Origin: Alphaproteobacteria bacterium
GTDB lineage: Bacteria > Pseudomonadota > Alphaproteobacteria > UBA828
Direction of reading: 5' to 3'
Assembly: GCA_963422645.2 (NCBI GenBank)
Contig: CAXXVO010000007.1
Span: 96,001-160,000 of the forward strand
DNA: 64,000 nt
Numbering within the stretch: position 1 is the first letter of the stretch; each line of letters starts with the position of its first letter. A model generated the notes under the pieces. It made no database searches. It had not been told where the DNA came from and saw only the letters and a list, made by a program, of their open reading frames with translations. The translations under genes and the position numbers were made by a program. Below, piece by piece: positions 61,329 through 64,000 of this stretch.

Positions 61329-62653
61329 CACTAGTGTCCCATTAAAACTACAATAGAATCAGTTGCTTATCTTCGCGGCTCTGGCCCACCGGGAGTGCCT
61401 TATGCGTAAGTAGCGCATTGAGCGGGATTTTTTCGAACAGGGTGAGGCTCAGGGTCTGTAGAATTGTGTAGAGGCTGGCATCGAGTCTCAACCTCTTCTT
61501 GATGATGGCAATCAGGACGTAGACGGAGACTGCGATCCAGATTTGGGTCTTTACGGCATTTTCGGAGGTGCCGAAGAAGGCCTTGATGCGGAGGTTTTGC
61601 TTGATCCATTTGAAGAAGAGTTCGACCTGCCAGCGATAGCGGTAGAGCTCTGCGACGGTGAGGGGCGGAACAGCGAAGTTGTTGGTCAGGAAGTTGAAGG
61701 TCTTGTTGGTTTCAGTATCCTTGTAGCCGACCCTGCGGAGCGGCTTTGGGTAGCGGCTTTTGCTCGCCTTTCCGGTCAGGACGATGGTTTGATCGCAACG
61801 CAGTCCGGCGTCTTTGTCGACGGTACGGGAGTATTGGCGCCGGTATTTCGTGTTGGCCTTTGCGCGGATGACGAAGAAGCTTCCCGCCATATCCAGGGCG
61901 TTGAGGCGCTTGAAGTCGAGGTAGGCGCGATCCATGATGTAGAAGGCGCCGGGCTCCGGAATGATGATGTCCAGGACATTCACATCGCCGAGCTTGCCGT
62001 CGGAGATGTGAATGAAGGCCGGGATACTGCCCTGCAAGTCAAGGAGAGTGTGAAGCTTGACGGCCGACTTGGTTGAGCGGAACAGAGCCCAGGGGAAGAC
62101 CGACAGGCACAGATCGATGGTCGACGCGTCGAGAGCGTACACGGTATTGTCGAGTTGAAGACCGAGGTCCTCGCCGGCATAGAGTGGGCGTGCGATGTCG
62201 ATCAGTTCCTGGGCGAACTCGGCATAGATGCGCCAGTCGCGTTGCGCGTTGGCGTTCGCTAAAGTGTTGCGCGAGACCGGTCCCCGAATTCCCATGTGAT
62301 AAAGCTTGTTATTCTGGGCACGCAGACAAATCTCGATGTCGCGCAGGCTTTCTCGATAGGACAATTGTGCGAAGGCCATGCAGAAAAACTGGCTCAGGCA
62401 TGAGAACGATTTGACGTACCGATTACCATCGTATTGTTCGACGCATTTGCGGAACGAATGCAGGGGCAGATGGTCCATCACCTGCGAGAAGACAAGTTGT
62501 CCCGTGGACATGACCGGGCTCCCTCTGGATCGGAGAACCCAGCCTCGGCACTCGCGCCGGCCACTTCAAGTCGGTAACAGCGCGAAATGGCGCTTAATCG
62601 CGCTTTGTCAATAACTTAACAAGGGTCTCTCCAATTTTCTTGGGACACTAGTG
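61329..62653 (-). mobile_element. IS4-family insertion sequence (1325 bp)
   Basis: IRs CACTAGTGTCCCA; 9-bp TSD ACATGACTT at 61320-61328 and 62654-62662. Confidence 0.93.
61348..62511 (-). CDS. IS4 transposase (DUF4372 + DDE)
   Basis: ALDASTI, MDRAY, YRYRWQVELFFKWIKQ (YREK motif). Confidence 0.95.
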   Translation of the reverse strand: MSTGQLVFSQVMDHLPLHSFRKCVEQYDGNRYVKSFSCLSQFFCMAFAQLSYRESLRDIEICLRAQNNKLYHMGIRGPVSRNTLANANAQRDWRIYAEFAQELIDIARPLYAGEDLGLQLDNTVYALDASTIDLCLSVFPWALFRSTKSAVKLHTLLDLQGSIPAFIHISDGKLGDVNVLDIIIPEPGAFYIMDRAYLDFKRLNALDMAGSFFVIRAKANTKYRRQYSRTVDKDAGLRCDQTIVLTGKASKSRYPKPLRRVGYKDTETNKTFNFLTNNFAVPPLTVAELYRYRWQVELFFKWIKQNLRIKAFFGTSENAVKTQIWIAVSVYVLIAIIKKRLRLDASLYTILQTLSLTLFEKIPLNALLTHKALPVGQSREDKQLILL

Positions 62654-62655
62654 AC

Positions 62656-63189
62656 ATGACTTCACGATCCGGGAAGTCGGACGGGATCGACGATCTCGAC
62701 CTCGCCATCGTCGAAGCGATGGCGAAGAACGGTCGAATGTCGCCCGCCGACATCGCCGCGGCGATCGGCAACGTTTCCGAGCGGACCGTCCGCAACCGTC
62801 TGAACGCGCTGATCGAACGGCGGCTTCTGTTCTTCCCCACCATCGCCGACCTCTCGGTCAGGCGCGGCATCTACATGGATGTGGCCATCGATACCGAGTC
62901 TGGGTTGATGACGAGCGTGGCGGACTCCCTGGTCGATTTCCCGCAGGTGGAGTGGGTGGCCTACGGCGGCGGCGAGCACGACGTGTACTGCAGCCTCCTG
63001 GTCTTCGACCAAGTGTCGGCACTTCAGGCGGTTGAGGAAATCCACCGGATCCCCGGCGTGACGGGCGTCAAGGTGACCACTCATCTGGCCGTCATCAAGT
63101 CTCACGGCTTTCGCCTGCGGGCGGCGGACGAACTGCGCGCCAAGCTGGACAGGCGGTCCGGCTCGGCATCCGACGAGGCCGGCCAATGA
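62656..63189 (+). CDS. Lrp/AsnC-family transcriptional regulator
   Basis: DDLDLAIV..M.KNGR.S..DIA..IG.VSE.TVRNRL HTH; RAM-like C-terminus. Confidence 0.85.
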   Translation: MTSRSGKSDGIDDLDLAIVEAMAKNGRMSPADIAAAIGNVSERTVRNRLNALIERRLLFFPTIADLSVRRGIYMDVAIDTESGLMTSVADSLVDFPQVEWVAYGGGEHDVYCSLLVFDQVSALQAVEEIHRIPGVTGVKVTTHLAVIKSHGFRLRAADELRAKLDRRSGSASDEAGQ

Positions 63190-64000
63190 GGATCGGGGTC
63201 GACGTCGGCGGCGTCAACACCGATGCCGCTTGTGTCCGCGACGGCGAGGTGCTGGCCACGGCGAAGTCGCCCACCACGCCCCACATCACCTGCGGCCTGG
63301 TTTCCGCAATTGGGGGTGCCTTGCGCGGGGCCGGCGCAAAGCCCTGCGATTTCACCGAGGTGATGATCGGGACCACCCAGTTCCTCAATGCGGCCGTCCA
63401 GATGTGCGGACTCCAGCGAGTCGGCATCCTGCGGCTCTGCGGCACGGCAACCCGCTCCCTCCCGCCGTTGATCGACTGGCCGGGCAATCTGCAGGATGCC
63501 GTCGAGGGTCACACGGCGCTGCTCTCGGGCGGAAGCGAGTTCGACGGCAGCGCGATCGCACCGCTCGACGAAGACGAGTTGCGCGGCACCTGCCGCACGC
63601 TCCGCTCGCGCGGGATCAAGACGGTCGCCGTCACCGGCGTGTTCTCGCCGGTCGATCCGACCCAGGAGCTAAGGGCGCGCGAGATCGTCCTCGAGGAGCT
63701 GCCCCACGCGGACGTGACGCTCTCGCACGAGATCGGCCGTCTCGGGCTGCTGGAGCGGGAAAACGCCGCCATACTGAACGCCGGCATCATCGCGATGGCA
63801 CGCCAGGTGGTCGCCCGCTATCGCGAGGGTCTGGCGGACCTGGGCCTGCACTGCCCGCTCTTCGTGTCGCAGAACGACGGCACCCTGATGAGCGCCGCCA
63901 AAGCCGTTAGATTCCCCGTGCTCACCTTCGCCGCCGGGCCGACCAACTCCATACGCGGCGCTGCCTTTCTCTCAGGCCTGCGGGACGCCGTCGTCATGGA
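63186..64000 (+). CDS. Hydantoinase/oxoprolinase family protein (partial, runs off the window)
   Basis: MRIGVDVGGVNTDA, IGTTQFLNA, GLLERENAAILN, SQNDGTLM, GPTNSIRGAA; ATGA-coupled to lrp; absent from the ORF track because no stop is reached. Confidence 0.88.
   Translation, partial: MRIGVDVGGVNTDAACVRDGEVLATAKSPTTPHITCGLVSAIGGALRGAGAKPCDFTEVMIGTTQFLNAAVQMCGLQRVGILRLCGTATRSLPPLIDWPGNLQDAVEGHTALLSGGSEFDGSAIAPLDEDELRGTCRTLRSRGIKTVAVTGVFSPVDPTQELRAREIVLEELPHADVTLSHEIGRLGLLERENAAILNAGIIAMARQVVARYREGLADLGLHCPLFVSQNDGTLMSAAKAVRFPVLTFAAGPTNSIRGAAFLSGLRDAVVM

Overview
High-GC (about 68-70% by eye) alphaproteobacterial chromosome segment. The murA-hisG-hisD-maf-rng-tRNA-Phe block suggests a Rhodospirillales-like host (inference). 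Mobile DNA has heavily reworked the window. (1) 1-11742 is the right part of a decayed Mu-like prophage: repressor, secreted nuclease, an inactivated membrane-protein + TIR cassette, Dam-type methylase, head genes with an Acb2/Tad1-like small gene. It ends in a 3x23-bp repeat terminus (...CTACA). (2) 47437-54332 is a 6.9-kb mini-Mu with matching termini and a 5-bp target duplication. It splits a usp gene and retains only an IS21, duplicated glycine-rich tail-fibre genes and a QueC-like gene. (3) 39589-44777 is a complete 5.2-kb TG...CA transposon with a 4-bp TSD. It encodes a Zn/HTH protein, DDE transposase and ExeA-type ATPase plus a RepA-like helicase and a Toprim primase. A near-identical truncated inverted copy lies at 9302-11668. 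(4) Also present: two IS1595 copies, an IS21, an IS4 and an IS256 scar. Host genes cover a Rieske oxygenase, inositol/sugar uptake and catabolism, acyl-CoA ligase, RidA, amidase, MaoC, Usp proteins, a MIO-less ammonia-lyase homologue, soxBDAG, an Lrp regulator and a hydantoinase. Best candidates for something new: the primase-helicase transposon, the mini-Mu with a QueC-like gene at the Mu mom position, and the MIO-less lyase beside sox. All family calls come from motif recognition by eye; no searches were run.
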